A stretch of 64,000 nt of DNA, taken from assembly GCF_009914755.1 (NCBI RefSeq), contig NC_060930.1; one strand, given 5' to 3'. This DNA is from the human T2T-CHM13v2.0 reference genome, Homo sapiens. Positions 27,929 through 40,990 of the stretch are shown piece after piece; the first letter of the stretch is position 1; the number at the start of each line of letters is the position of its first letter. The position numbers and the translations under genes were made by a program. The notes beneath the pieces are model-generated. The model had not been told where the DNA came from, searched no databases, and worked only from the letters and a program-made list of their open reading frames with translations.

Positions 27929-28087
27929 AAAATAAAGAAAAATTGGCTTTAGGCCAAAATAAGGTATGTTAAGGTAATTGAAATAGAAATGCACATTACA
28001 ATTGGTTATGTAGCCAAGTGGTTCTTTACTTTCATTACATATACCCATTATTTATGTTTCTTGAAGAATTTGTTTTAAATGCTCTGT

Positions 28088-28410
28088 GCCAGGCGTGGTG
28101 GCTCACGCCTGTAATCCCAGCACTTTGGGAGGTGGGTGGACTGCCTAAGGTCAGGAGTTTGAGACTAGCCTGACCAACAAGGTAAAACCCCATCTCTACT
28201 AAAAGTACAAAAACTAGTCTGTCGTGGTGGCGGGCGCCTGTAACCCAGCTACTCGGGATGCTGAGGCAGGAGAATCACTTGAATCCAGGAGGCGGAGGGT
28301 GCAGATCACACCATTACACTCCAGCCTGGGCAACAAGAGTGAAGCTCCATCATAAGATAAAGTAAAATAAAATAAAATAAAATAAAATAAAATAAAATAA
28401 AATAAAATAA
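28088..28410 (+). mobile_element. AluSq-like with (TAAAA)n tail
   Basis: Full dimer with two short deletions. TSD-like AAATGCTCTGT / AAAAGCTCCGT. Confidence 0.95.
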
Positions 28411-28717
28411 AAGCTCCGTTATTCCTTTTGCAAAAATGATGCTTTTGGGGCTAAATATTTGACACATGAGGAGAATGACCTCCTATGTGTCATGTTACAC
28501 TACCATTTATCTGAAACAGTTCTACCTTGCCATTAACACATTTTTTCTTTTGTTCTAAGAATTAGCATATAATTGTATTTACAAGATTAAATTTATTTTG
28601 TTAAATATAAGATACAGTTATACTCATGATTTTTAATCACATTTTTCAAAGCAAAGTTCAAATTAGTCCTTTACTTCTCAACTATTTAAAACAAAAATGT
28701 GGTTCTTTTAAATGTGG

Positions 28718-28748
28718 TGTGCATGTGTGTGTGTATGTGTGTGTGTGT
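28718..28748. repeat. (TG)n microsatellite at the tail position of the adjacent AluJ
   Basis: Seen directly; it abuts the antisense Alu 3' end. Confidence 0.85.
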
Positions 28749-29038
28749 TTTGAGACAGGGTTTCACTGTGTTGTCTAGGCTGGAGTACAGTGGTGTGATT
28801 ATAGCTCACTGTAGCCTCAGCCTCCTAGGCTCAAGGGGTCCACCTAATTCAGCCTCCTGAACAGTTGGGTCTACAGGGGCGTGCCACCATGCCAGGCTAA
28901 TATTTTGTTTTTTTTTTTGTAGAGACAGGGTTTTGCCATGTTGGCCAGGCTGGTTCTGAACTTCCGGGCTCAAGCAATCCTCTTGCCTTGGCCTCCCAAA
29001 GTGCTGGGATTACAGGCGTAAGCCACTACACCCAGGCC
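28749..29038 (-). mobile_element. AluJ
   Basis: gtgtgattatagctcactgtagcctc..gggctcaagcaatcctcttgccttggcctcccaaagtgctgggattacagg. Confidence 0.95.
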
Positions 29039-29229
29039 AGTTTTTTCTCAATGACTTTATTCTGCACTAATTGTTCTCTGGTTAAAAGCATTCCAGGTAT
29101 TTTTGTATTCTAAGAACCATCTACTTAGAATGGGGAAAGAAAGAAAGGCAATTAACATAGATAGAACTTCAACTGTGGGAGAGGATATTTACTTTTCTTT
29201 TGTTAATTTATTGTCACAACAGACCTCTG

Positions 29230-29362
29230 TGTTAAGCATTATTCTCATCATTTTACATTTCTGGAAAATGAAGCTGAGAGACAATAAATAATTTATCTGA
29301 GGTCACACATTTAGCCAGCAATGAAGCTGGAATCTGAGCCTCGGTCTATCAGATTCCTAAAT
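29230..29362 (-). mobile_element. MIR
   Basis: cattttacatttctggaaaatgaagctgagag..gaggtcacacatttagccagcaatgaagctggaatctgagcc. Confidence 0.7.
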
Positions 29363-31709
29363 TTTTGCCAACCTTCAGCTGTTTGGGGAAGAATCTGCAG
29401 GAGCACCTGCCTTGGCCCCAGGACTCAGAAACATACAGATTCTATTATTACGATTCAGAGTCCAGTAAAAGTTAGCAATCTGATAATATTAGGAATATTA
29501 TTCTTGATCACTATCCATAGGATGAGTAGAACAGAGAAAGATAATCCTCATATCATTCTGTAATATATTAATTACCTTAGTAATTTTAATAATGGAATAA
29601 GAATCATTTGTATTACATGAATCTTGTTTTAATTTTGCAAAATAAAAGACTAACACATTATGTTAATTTTATTTGAAAGTTTCATTTGAATTTGAACTTT
29701 CCCCTGCTTAATAAGGAAGTATTCAGTGTTCTGGAACAAGTAAAATTTGTGCTGGTGAGGGGGTCACCTAAGTTATTATATTATTTGAGAAAATGACGTT
29801 TCAGAATTGGTGTAATCAGATTTCAGAAATCTCTTCCCATACACCCACCTATCTTTTCTTTCGCTATCAAATTTCATTTGCTTTCGTGTATCCCTTTCTT
29901 TTCTCCTGTTTGTATATTTTCCTCTAAGTCCCCTGTATTGCATTTAAGTGTTACTTTATTTATTGTGAGCCTAATGCATTGAATGATTTCAGAGAATGAT
30001 GTGTGCTCTGGCATATTATCTTGTTGAACTATTCAATTAAATATGATAATGTTGAGCACACTGACACTGTTAAACACTCAGGTGAATGAGCAATTCACCG
30101 TGAAGTGCAGAAATATTTTAAGTCATCTGCATGACTGTAAGCAATATTTATTTATTTTTATATATGTACTTCAGGCTTCTAATGAATGATAGATATTTTA
30201 AAAAACTAAGAAATTCGAATATATGGAACATGAAAACTATATCAGAGAAATTATTGTTTTGAATTGTTCCTTGACCTGTACAAGAAGAAAAATATAAATT
30301 GCATATGAAAACCTTTTGTCCAACATTTATAAACGTGGTTCAAGTTTAAACTGCTTGTACCTACTCATTTCTATCAAGTGCATTCCCATAGCTCCCAGCC
30401 CTTCTTAAAAATGCATCATGCAGAGGCATTTTCCTCCAGTACAATATGTAATTAGTATTGTTCCATTATATTTTGTATCATTTATAATAAAATTTCTTTT
30501 TCTGCAAGTTGGATAGTTAAAAGTCCCTTGGGCTGATTAGTGAAATTTTAGCTGTCAAAGCAACACTTTAGAACATCTGGGGGCAAAAAAATATAGGAGT
30601 CATGTAAGTAGCAACTGAAGAAAAATAATCCTTTAAGATTGTGGTGAAAATTCAAATTAAGTGGCAGTAGTTTCATTTTGATGTCTTCATTTCTGAGAGA
30701 TAGTTTTACTGAGAAGATCTTTTGTTCTGTTGGAAATGCCCTGTTTCTATTAGTGAAGTGCTAGAACTCTTGATTACTTTTGACTATGATTTAGATAGAA
30801 ATGAAAGAAAATAAGACAGTTGTTTAGGAAATCACAATGGTCTAAAAGCCTATTCTAACTTACAAATCTTCAAATAAACTGATTATAAACTAGATAATAA
30901 AAATGTATACTGTGCTTTTAAGTATATAGATTTTTATATTTATGTACATGGTAGATATATATATATAAATGTTGGAATTTTGGTCAAACTCTTCCCTAGC
31001 TGGAACTCAGACCAGATATCTAACTTAGAAAGATGGAAAATATTTATTAGACCTCCATGGGATAAAAGTGTGCTCAGCTCTTAAGTATCAACAAAACAGT
31101 GAAACTCATAAAACCTTGTATGTTTCTATTTTTAGCTTTTTACTTCTTGTTCTTTATACTAAAACTGTAAAAAAAAAAAGTAAAATACTTACCATAGGGC
31201 ATTACAAATAATAATCCACAGTATACGTATCCTTCTTTTTCCTCCTTTTTCTCCTCTGCCACCTTTTATTGATTGTTATTATCATTATCATCATCAATAT
31301 TTGGGTACCAATTATGTTAAAATGGGCATGGTAGGTAAAATAAAAATTTACTTGTTAATTCTGTGACTCATAAAAGCCTCCCACTGTCATTCTTATTTTT
31401 AAAATATTGCTTTTTGTTATAGTGAGTAGTCATTGGAACCCACATCATTACCTGCTCTTCTTAGATCTTACACCCTTTTGCCTATAAAGCCATGTTTTCT
31501 TATTTGCTTTTATTTGCTTTATTTTTAATAGCTTCAATTATTTGATGGAACCAGCATCTGTTTCTATCAAATGATTGATTTGCCCTTAATCCACAAAATA
31601 GGACCAAGAACAATCTACAAAGACTATTATTATAGAAACCAAGTTATAGATCAATCCTTATTTCAGGAATAACTAAAATAAGATATCCAGCCTTTAAGCA
31701 AAGAAGCCA

Positions 31710-31712
<3 letters not shown>

Positions 31713-31750
<38 letters not shown>

Positions 31751-31763
31751 GCAACAGCAACAA
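31713..31763 (+). repeat. (CAA)12 CAG CAA CAG (CAA)2 trinucleotide repeat
   Basis: Counted directly. Confidence 0.95.
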
Positions 31764-32537
31764 GTGCCAACAGAAAAATATTTGTGAAATGTGAGATACT
31801 TTTTAAGAAAATCTCTGGTAGTCACTACAAAAATGGTCAAGAAATAAGACATTGAAGAATACGTTTGTATGAGTGGGAAGCACAAGGAACAGTTTTAGGG
31901 AACACTGCAAAAAATGAAATAGAACTAGTAATCAAAGGCATATTTGAAGAAAACTTTTCACAGCCAAAAATTGATTACTTAGAGCAAAACATTCTTTATA
32001 TTAGATACAAAATACCTATTTGTACTTTTGGTTTTCCTTTTTGAGAACTGGCATCTGCTGTCTCCAGTTAGACATCTTGAACCTCTCTCTTAAAATACAA
32101 AATAGAAAAAAGACACATTATCTAGATGCATCTTGAAAAATGTTGAAATTACCCCCATATTATGTCTTTGAGGAGTTAGTATTTGAGTTGAAAAATAAAA
32201 TAGATAATGCCAAAAATTAGTCTGGTAACGTATTATCTGCAAGATGACATTGTAATTAACATTGGAGCATTTCATTTAAAGGGCAACAGATTATGACATG
32301 CAATCTTTATTTGCTATTGGGTTGTCATTAAATTGTGAAAACAATAGAAAAGTAGATTTTTATATAGGTCTTAAAAATTATTTTCCAAAGTTTCCTCTTT
32401 AAGAAAAAAAAATCTTGACAGTATATTATAGCTAACTAAAGATGACATTAAATTAAAATTTAAAATATGAGAATGTGACAGAAAATTTCCAATGATGAAC
32501 ACTGAAATTATGTAAACAAAACTAAAAAGCAAATTCT

Positions 32538-32752
32538 CATAGTGGTTTGGAGCACAGGTTCCTGGAAGACAAAATTAGATTCAATTCCTGGGTGGATAAC
32601 TTAGAAATGTGTGACCTTAGATACTTACCTTCTCTAAGCCTCAGATTGTGTTTTCTTAATGGGCGATAATAATGGAACCAATCTCAGAGGGTAATTTTGT
32701 GACCAAATATATATATTTAAGTTCTCAGCATAGTTCTTAGCACATTATTACT
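32538..32752 (+). mobile_element. MIR
   Basis: catagtggtttggagcacagg..tgtgtgaccttagatacttaccttctctaagcctcag..aatgggcgataataatgg. Confidence 0.8.
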
Positions 32753-33282
32753 ACGTAACCTTGTTTTAATTGGGGTGATAAAATTTAATGGAGATATTAT
32801 TCTTGAATAAAACCATATGTAATATGAAAATAATAATGTACTCAACTGTTTGGGTTTGAAACACCGACTGCTTTAAGAAATCAACTAGAGACTAGGTGGG
32901 ATGAAGTAACTGCCAAAGAACAGAGCTTTAAACCTATGATAAAGTACTAAGCTTATATTTCTTTTTTGATCTTCAAAATAAAGTTTGAAATATGTTGGAA
33001 AAAATGAAGATAACCTAAATTGAACAGTAATAAGATATGACCATACAATTTATATGTGAAGATATAAGGAAGTAAAACAAAAACAGCAAAGAAGAAATTT
33101 TAAAATGAGAGGAACACAAACAGAAATTATAAACTAAATAGCACAAAACAAATAAAGATAGAATTTTGGATAAAAGTATTCATGTTTAAAAATTTGTACA
33201 TAAACACAGATGTGCAAAGTTAATTTTTAAAAAGTTATAAATGTTAGATAAATACGACCATCATCAAATCTAGAGGAATATA

Positions 33283-33902
33283 TGTTAAAGCATTGCTGGC
33301 CAGGTCCAGGTCATTCTACTGCATGCACTCAATCAATCACCGTGACACAAGTTTTGCAAAAGAGAAAAGATTTGTTTGCAAGACTGCCAAGTAAGGAGGT
33401 GAGAGATCAGCTCTCAAATCTGCCTCACAGAAGATCAGGCTTAGGGATATTTATGGGTTAGGGAAGTAGAGTAGTCTAAGGCATGGAGAAAGGAGATTGG
33501 TAGTAGAGAAAAATAAAGTAACAGGTTTTGTTTTATGTAAGCACAGTTGGAGTTCATGGGATTTGAAAGGACATATGTATAGAAAATGGTGGCATTGGCA
33601 TGATTTGCAGGTGGAGTTTTTGGCCTTCTGACTTGAAAAGATCACATCTGGGGTTCTTGTACAGGCCCAATTAAAGGGCTGATGGTCTCTAACAGTTGGA
33701 ACTGGACAGGAGCTGGCCCAAGTTCCTATAAAATAACTGAAGTGACTGTTATCATGGTGACCTATGCATGTTATTTATAAAGTAGCCAGTGAGAGTTAAG
33801 TTTCAGCATTCATTGACCTTCATGTTCTTGAAAAAGAGGGAAAGAAACCCCAAAAACAGAAAGCAAGCCACACAGGCTGATTAAATTAACCACTTGGTTT
33901 CA
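33283..33902 (-). mobile_element. ERV1-class solo LTR (LTR26/LTR31-like)
   Basis: tgtta...ggtttca termini (reverse strand starts TGAAACC). Internal gttttgcaaaagagaaaagattt..ctctcaaatctgcctc. Subfamily uncertain. Confidence 0.75.
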
Positions 33903-34419
33903 AAATATGTGTGAACCTATTTATAATACCATAAATGAGGGAACTAGTCAGATGGTAAAGGTGATCGAAAGAACATTTTAGCAATTGAGTATTAAGTATA
34001 GTCATTGAAGAAGAAAGTGTTGGAATAGAATTGGTAGATGACATATATAATTGTCTTAAGGCCTAAGGGTAAAAAAATCATAACCTTTGGGATTACTTTT
34101 GGACAAAAATCTATTAGGTCTCCACCAGAGAAAATAATAAATTAACATGTAATTTCAAAATTTGGACCCTAATTAATAGTAAATAATATATCAAAGGAAA
34201 TTACATTTCCCTCATGAATTAAATGCTCATGCCTGGGCCTTTTATTTAATGCATCAGTATGACATTGAAAGGATATGCAGTCCTTCTTTTGCTTTATTCA
34301 CAAGTTTTGGATAATTTTTCTTAACACTGGATACTACTACTATTCAGTTTATATACACTTTGTTCTTTATGTCCTTACTACAAGGAGTACTTTAGTCAAT
34401 AACAATATGTGAGGGACCT

Positions 34420-35270
34420 GGGCCAAATATCTCAAGAAACTCAAATTATAACCTAAATTTAAGAGTTTACTACATTAAAAATTTCACAACCAGATTGAAA
34501 GAACGAGAAAATACTATGAGCAGTTATGGTAGTGTGCAAGGTGACTTTTTTTGTATATAAAGCATAAAGAAACATGATACTCCAGTAAATTTTTATTAAA
34601 ATATGAACATATAATATACAGATCCAAAAGTATGAATAACCAAAAGCATATGAAAAATATGAATATATTAAATATCAACTTAACTGCAAATTAAGACAAC
34701 AATGAGCTTCTGCTGAAACGTTGAAGTTTCAAAATACTGCTCAAAGTTTGTGTGGAGTGAGATCCCCATTTTTGGTGGGGATATAAATCAGTATAAACTT
34801 ACTGGTGAAGGATTTTAGCAAGTGGATCAAAGTCTTTGGAAGTTTCCCTATTATTTTACCCAGTATAACTACCTCCCCAAAATAATATTGGGTACTGGGA
34901 ACATATATATATATTTATGAAATATTGAGTACAGGTATTTATATATACATATAATATTTATATGTATATATAAATGTATATATAAATTATACATATAATA
35001 TTTATATGTATATATAAATTTATATATCCACATATTTATATACATCTAAATATGTAATATATAAATATATAATATATTATATATAAATTTATATATTTCA
35101 TACATATAAATATATATTTAATATATAATAAATTTATATATACATATAATATTTATATATACATATAATAATATATAAAACTTAAAAGTTACCATATTTT
35201 CCATAAGAAATATTCAAATTCATCATAGTATATCAACTTGATAGAATATTATGCAATCTTTGAGATTGTG
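34420..35270 (+). mobile_element. L1ME ORF2-end/3'UTR fragments
   Basis: tgcaaattaagacaacaatgag..tttggtggggatataaatcagtataaac..gatagaatattatgcaatc; split by a (TA)n tract. Confidence 0.55.
34903..35180. repeat. Long AT-rich (TA)n low-complexity tract
   Basis: Seen directly. Confidence 0.9.
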
Positions 35271-36384
35271 CTTTTGATAAATATTTCAAATTCTAGCTTT
35301 TTTAAAATCTAAATGCACCAAAAGAGTTATATAAAAATTTGTAGAAATACACAGTCATGCATACAATACCTTGACTCATTCCTGATCTTAAGGAGAAACA
35401 TCAGTCTTCCTTTGTTAAGCATGATAATTAACTATGAAATTTTTTAAATGCTATTTTTCAGGTAGAGAAAGCTTTTTCTATTCCTCATTTGATAATTGTT
35501 TTTTTAATCATGAAAGGTTTTAGATTTTGTCACATGCTTTTCTGTTTATCAAGATTATCTTTTTTTTGTATTCCATTAAATTGCTGTGTTATACTATTTT
35601 TGGATGTTACACCAACCTTGCATTCTTCGGGTAAATCTCACTTGTTCATGGTGTATAATCCCTTTTTATGTTGCTGGATTGGGTTTGCTAGTATTTTGTT
35701 GAGGAATTCTGCATCTATATTTGAAAGTAATATAGACATGTAATTTTCTTTCCTTGTAAGTCTTTGGCTTTGGTGTGATAATAATAATAACCTTATAGAA
35801 TGAATTAAGATGTAGTCCTTCCTTTTCTTTTTTTGGAGATATATGATGAATTATATTAATTCTTCTTTGAATATTTGCTGGGATTTAACAGTAACATCAT
35901 CTCAGTTATTTCTTTGTGTGAAGTTTTAAAATTACAAATTTGGACTCTTTGTTATGAGCCTATTCATATTTTCTCTTTTTGTTGAGTCACTTTCAGTAAT
36001 TTGTGTCTTTCTAGATATTAGTCAATTTCATCTAAGTTATTTAATTATTTGCCATACAATTCTTAATAGTATTTCCTTATAATACTATTTTTATTTCTTA
36101 AGGTTGATAGTGATGTCTTTTCATTAATTCCCTACTTTAGTTATTTGAGTCTTTTTGTTTTATTTTGTTTTGGTCAATGTAGCTAAAAGTTTACCGTTTG
36201 TATTGGCCTTTTTAAAAAACCAACTCTTGCTTTTGTGGATTTTTAAAATTATTTTTCTCTTCTCAATGTATTTCTGCCATAGTCTTTATTATGTCTTTCC
36301 TTTTGCTTGCATTGGGTTCAGCTTTCTCTTTTCCTAGATTCTAAATATTGAGACTTAGGTTATTAATTTGAAACCTTTATTTAA

Positions 36385-36559
36385 AAGTTAATTGACTTTA
36401 CTTTTTAGAGAAGTTTTAGTTTCACAGCAATTTAGTGGAAAATCAAAGTTTATCATATATCCCCTCCCCACACAAAGCCTCTGTGACAACCAACATCACG
36501 TGGTACATTAGTTATAATTGATGAACCAACATTGACACATCATTATCAACAAGGTCCAT
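36385..36559 (-). mobile_element. L1MC/MD 3' end fragment
   Basis: aattgactttactttttagagaagttttagtttcacagcaa..attgatgaaccaacattgacacatcattatc. Confidence 0.8.
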
Positions 36560-36805
36560 GAAAGACTTAAGTAAATCGAGAGTTATACAATATCTATGGG
36601 TCAGGAGATTTTATATTGTTAAAATGTCAGTATTTCCACTATTGACCTATAGATTCAATGAAATCTCAATACCCCAATAGGTGTCCTTGTAGAAATTGAC
36701 AAGATAATTCTAAAATTTATATAAAAATTCAAATGCCTTAGAGTAACCAAAACGACTTGAAACGGAGGAATAAATTTGAAGAACTAATTCTACCTGATTC
36801 TAAGG
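36560..36805 (+). mobile_element. L1M ORF2 fragment (sense)
   Basis: atattgttaaaatgtcagtatttcc..tatagattcaatgaaatctc..gtagaaattgacaagataattctaaaatttatat. Confidence 0.85.
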
Positions 36806-36905
36806 CAAATATTTCATTTCAGTACTTTAAAAATGTTGCTCCACTACCTTCTTTTTCACATTTTTTTAAATGTGAAATCTGCTAATATTCTTTCCTCTGT
36901 GTCTC

Positions 36906-37471
36906 TGTTGCGAGTGGAGGGTGTCCAGGTTCTTGACATTTTGAACAAAAATTAGACAAAACACACAAACAGAACAAGGAAAGAATGAAGCAACAAAGGC
37001 AGAGATGTATTGAAAAATGAAAGCACATTCCACAAGGTGGGAACGGGCCCAGCCAAGCAACTCAAGAGCCCAGTTACAGAATTTTTAGGGGGTTTAAATA
37101 CCTTCTAGAGGTTTCCCATTGGTTACTAGAAGTACACCCTATGTAAATGAAGTAGTGGCCTGCGTTTGGTCTGATTGCTTGCAGGAGGGGACCAATCAGA
37201 GGCTGAAGTGAAGTTACAAAGTTAAACTCCTATGCAAATGAAGACTTGGCCCACCACCAGCCTGATTGGTTGTGGGAGGGGACAAATCAGAGGTACTTTC
37301 AATATTTCATCTTTGAAGCGGAAAAGCAGAGGTTTGCAAAGGGAGTAGTAGACCTTGGTCCTTTTGTTACTTGGGCATGGAAAGTTGAGGTTTTCCTTTT
37401 GATTTAGTTGTAGGAAGTCAGCGAGAATCGGCCTTAAATTCCCTGCCTCCAGACCCTATACTCCTGCCTCA
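36906..37471 (-). mobile_element. MER51-type ERV1 solo LTR
   Basis: Reverse strand begins TGAGGCAGGAGTATAGGGTCTGGAGGCAGGGAA. Other end is ggagggtgtccaggttcttgacattttgaacaaa. Repeated ccaatcagagg/atgcaaatgaag units. Confidence 0.9.
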
Positions 37472-38015
37472 CTTCTACATAAAACGTCTTTTTAATTTTG
37501 GCTGCTTCTAAGATTTATCTTATCTCTCATTTTGAGTGATTTGATTATTATACAATTTGATTTCATTGTTTTTTCTTGTACTTACAATTTATGGAGCTTA
37601 TTGAATCTCTGGGTTTATTACATTAATAAAACTTGGGAACGTTTTGGCCACTATTTCTAAAAATATATATTTTTTCTATCTTCCTACTCATTATTTCTTT
37701 TAGGGACTCCATATACATATATTAGACATCTTGAAGTTGCCCACAGCTCATATTTTCTAAACAGCTCCATTAAGAGATAATTAACATACCAAAGAATTCA
37801 ATTAAGTATACAATTCAATGGTATTTATTATATATCTCTATGAATGTATTAAAATCCATTCAGCTGTGATATACTAAAAAACATAGAGCTGTGTTTATTT
37901 TTAAATTATTTTTTCATGTGCTTCATTTTGCATAGTTTCTTTTGCTATTTTCAGGTTTATTTATTATTTTCTTTTTTGGCAATATGTAATCTGCAACTAA
38001 TCTCATCCAATGTAC

Positions 38016-38317
<302 letters not shown>

Positions 38318-40934
38318 TTCAATGTATGTTTTATCTAAGACATTATAGTTTTCATCTTCAGTAGTTTAATTTGGGTCTTCCTTATCTCCTCTATTTCTCC
38401 AGCTAACATTTTAAACTTTTGGGATAAACTTAATAATTATTATTGTAATGATTTTGACTGCTAATTCTAACATCAATTCTGCATCAGCTTCAACTGGTTG
38501 GTTTTTTTCTCATCATTATGTGTTATATTTTCCTGATTATTTGCATGCCTCATAATTTTTAATTGGATGCCAGACATTATAAAATATTTTGCCTTTTTGG
38601 GTCCTGACTATTTTTGCATTTTTATAAATATTTTTGAGCTTTGTTCTGGGATTTAGTTTATAGAAGCAGTTTGATCCTTTGGGTCTTACTCTACGTTTTC
38701 TTAGGTGGGACCAGAGCAGCTATTAATCTAGAGCTAGATTAACTTAAACAAAATTATTTTATTTACTCTCCCTAATGCCTCATGTATTATGAGAGTTTTC
38801 TCATCCTGACAGGTGGGTACAGGAATTATTTCTAGTCTTACATTCATGTTTTCATCAGTAATCCGCTAAATACTCCTGAATGACCGTCTGCCGCTCTCCG
38901 GTGTTCTGTCAATATGCATTTCTCTTCTCTCTGGTAGTCTTTCTTAGTCTAGCTTTCTTGTTCTCTCCAGATTCCCAACTCTTGGTCTTGTATCAGGGAT
39001 TTTTCTTGGTTCCACCTGAGTACCTTCTTTGGGTACTGCTGCTTGGAGACCCTGTCAAGACTATAGCTGGGGTAATCATAAGATATACTTCATTTGTTGT
39101 TTTCTGTCCATCAAGTTTCACTGTCCCTCATTGCCCAATGTCTGGTGTTGTTAAAACCTTTATTTTATATATTTTGTCTAGCCTTTCAGTTGTTTAAGTC
39201 AGCAGGGTAAATCTCACCTCTTTTATATCATTTTTCCCAGAGACAGAAATCTTCTTAATTGATTTTTATTGGGGCTTTTACTTAGCTAACGTGAAATTAG
39301 ATCACCTGGTGAGAAGCATCTGCATAAAAACAATGGACCCATAATTTTTCATGGTGTTTTATTTACTACTTATCCACATCAGTATAACATTATTTTTAGA
39401 AAAGTTACAAATAAAATACATTATTTTTGGTTTAAAAAGTATTGTGCTCTGAGTCAGTTTGATTTAGCTAGTCATCATCTGCAAAACTGACTAATATCAG
39501 TTCCATATTTCCTTAATTTTCATCAAAACTTATCAATTCACCAACTTCATTTTTCATATCCCCCAGATACTAGCTGTTAATACTGTCACTACAGAAGCAG
39601 ATTATATCAATGCATGCTGAAGCCTAAATCATGTATTTTCTACTCAAACATACTCCAGTAGAATGAGAAGATGTATACTCTTATAGGTGCTGTTTATTAG
39701 ACCTAGTAGCAATTGGTCAGAATTAGGTCTGTGTTTTCTACATGTTTGCTCTACTTTTAAACATTTTGAGCAGAATCTTAATGTCATGAGCTTTTCAGTA
39801 TTTTTAAAGAAAAAAAAATGGAACATTAAACTGAGTCTTGTCTGGCCAAGATGCTAAAATGATGTTACAATATTTATATTGTATTGAGAAGTGTCCTCTG
39901 TAATGCAATTTACTTTTTGACCATTTGTCCATATATTAACATTGCTGGGTGACACTGAAGCACTTTCTATACTTCATATTCAGCAATTTAAGCTTTGGCT
40001 CAATCTTGGTAGGCAGTGACTGGAAAGAGTTATCAGGTACTTGTGGATTGTTGGAGAGACAGGGACTTATAAAAGAAGAAAAATATGGAAGCTGGGTTGC
40101 TATTCATACTGTGTACTGAAGATTATGCTAAATCAAAAGAAGTTGCTGGATTTCTGACCGCTATATTAAGGCAAAGATAAACCTTAGAATTGTATTTTAT
40201 TGTTGAAACCTGAAAATTAAAATCAGAAAAGATAAAAACAGGCCTAGACTAAAATTCAAGAAAAAAAAAGGTGGTGTTTGATTAATCATCTTTAATTGTC
40301 TCTTGCATTTACTTGTCTCTCTAGTTGTGTACTATACTACCAAATGCATTTAAAAATGAGGCACAGGAAAGCCATTTGTTTATGACTTGTGAAAATATCT
40401 CATTTTTTCACAGTATTATATAAACGATTATTGTAAAACTGCTTAAATATGCTTTTTGTTAATCTACACTTACATATATTTTATTTATAAAAGGAATCAT
40501 AATGTAGAAAATGTTTTGCTTTAAATAGTGATCAAAATATTAATAGATGAGTTAATATTTAACACATAAGAACATAAGAATAAATTGCTTTTCTATTAGA
40601 CTATTTTATGTTGATCAAAGTTTTCATGGTTGAACTGACTTTGGTATTTAGACATTTCTGTGGGTACATTGAAAGTGGAAATAACCTTTTATAATGGTGT
40701 ATTGAGTTTATTGAGCATTTTACACACTGATTCAATATTCCTTTGCTTTTGGTTCATGTGTACATGTTATTCTATAGTTGATCATATATGAACTTGTTTC
40801 CTTTTATTTTCTGACAGTGTTTAATAATCTTATCTATAGAAAACCCTGATATATTAGTACTTTCACATTAAATTTCTTTATAACTTCAATTTAGGAATTT
40901 AAGAATTTCAACATTACCATGCAAGTGTTTATTT

Positions 40935-40990
40935 TATATGTATATATATATATATGTGTGTGTGCGTGTATATATGTACATATATATATA
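40935..40990. repeat. (TA)n(TG)n microsatellite
   Basis: Seen directly. Confidence 0.85.

Noticed and set aside
30001-30115. H/ACA snoRNA interpretation of the twin hairpins
   Set aside because: No ANANNA hinge on either strand and no properly placed ACA on the + strand.
31694-31885. Poly-Cys ORF
   Set aside because: Antisense reading of the (CAA)n microsatellite.
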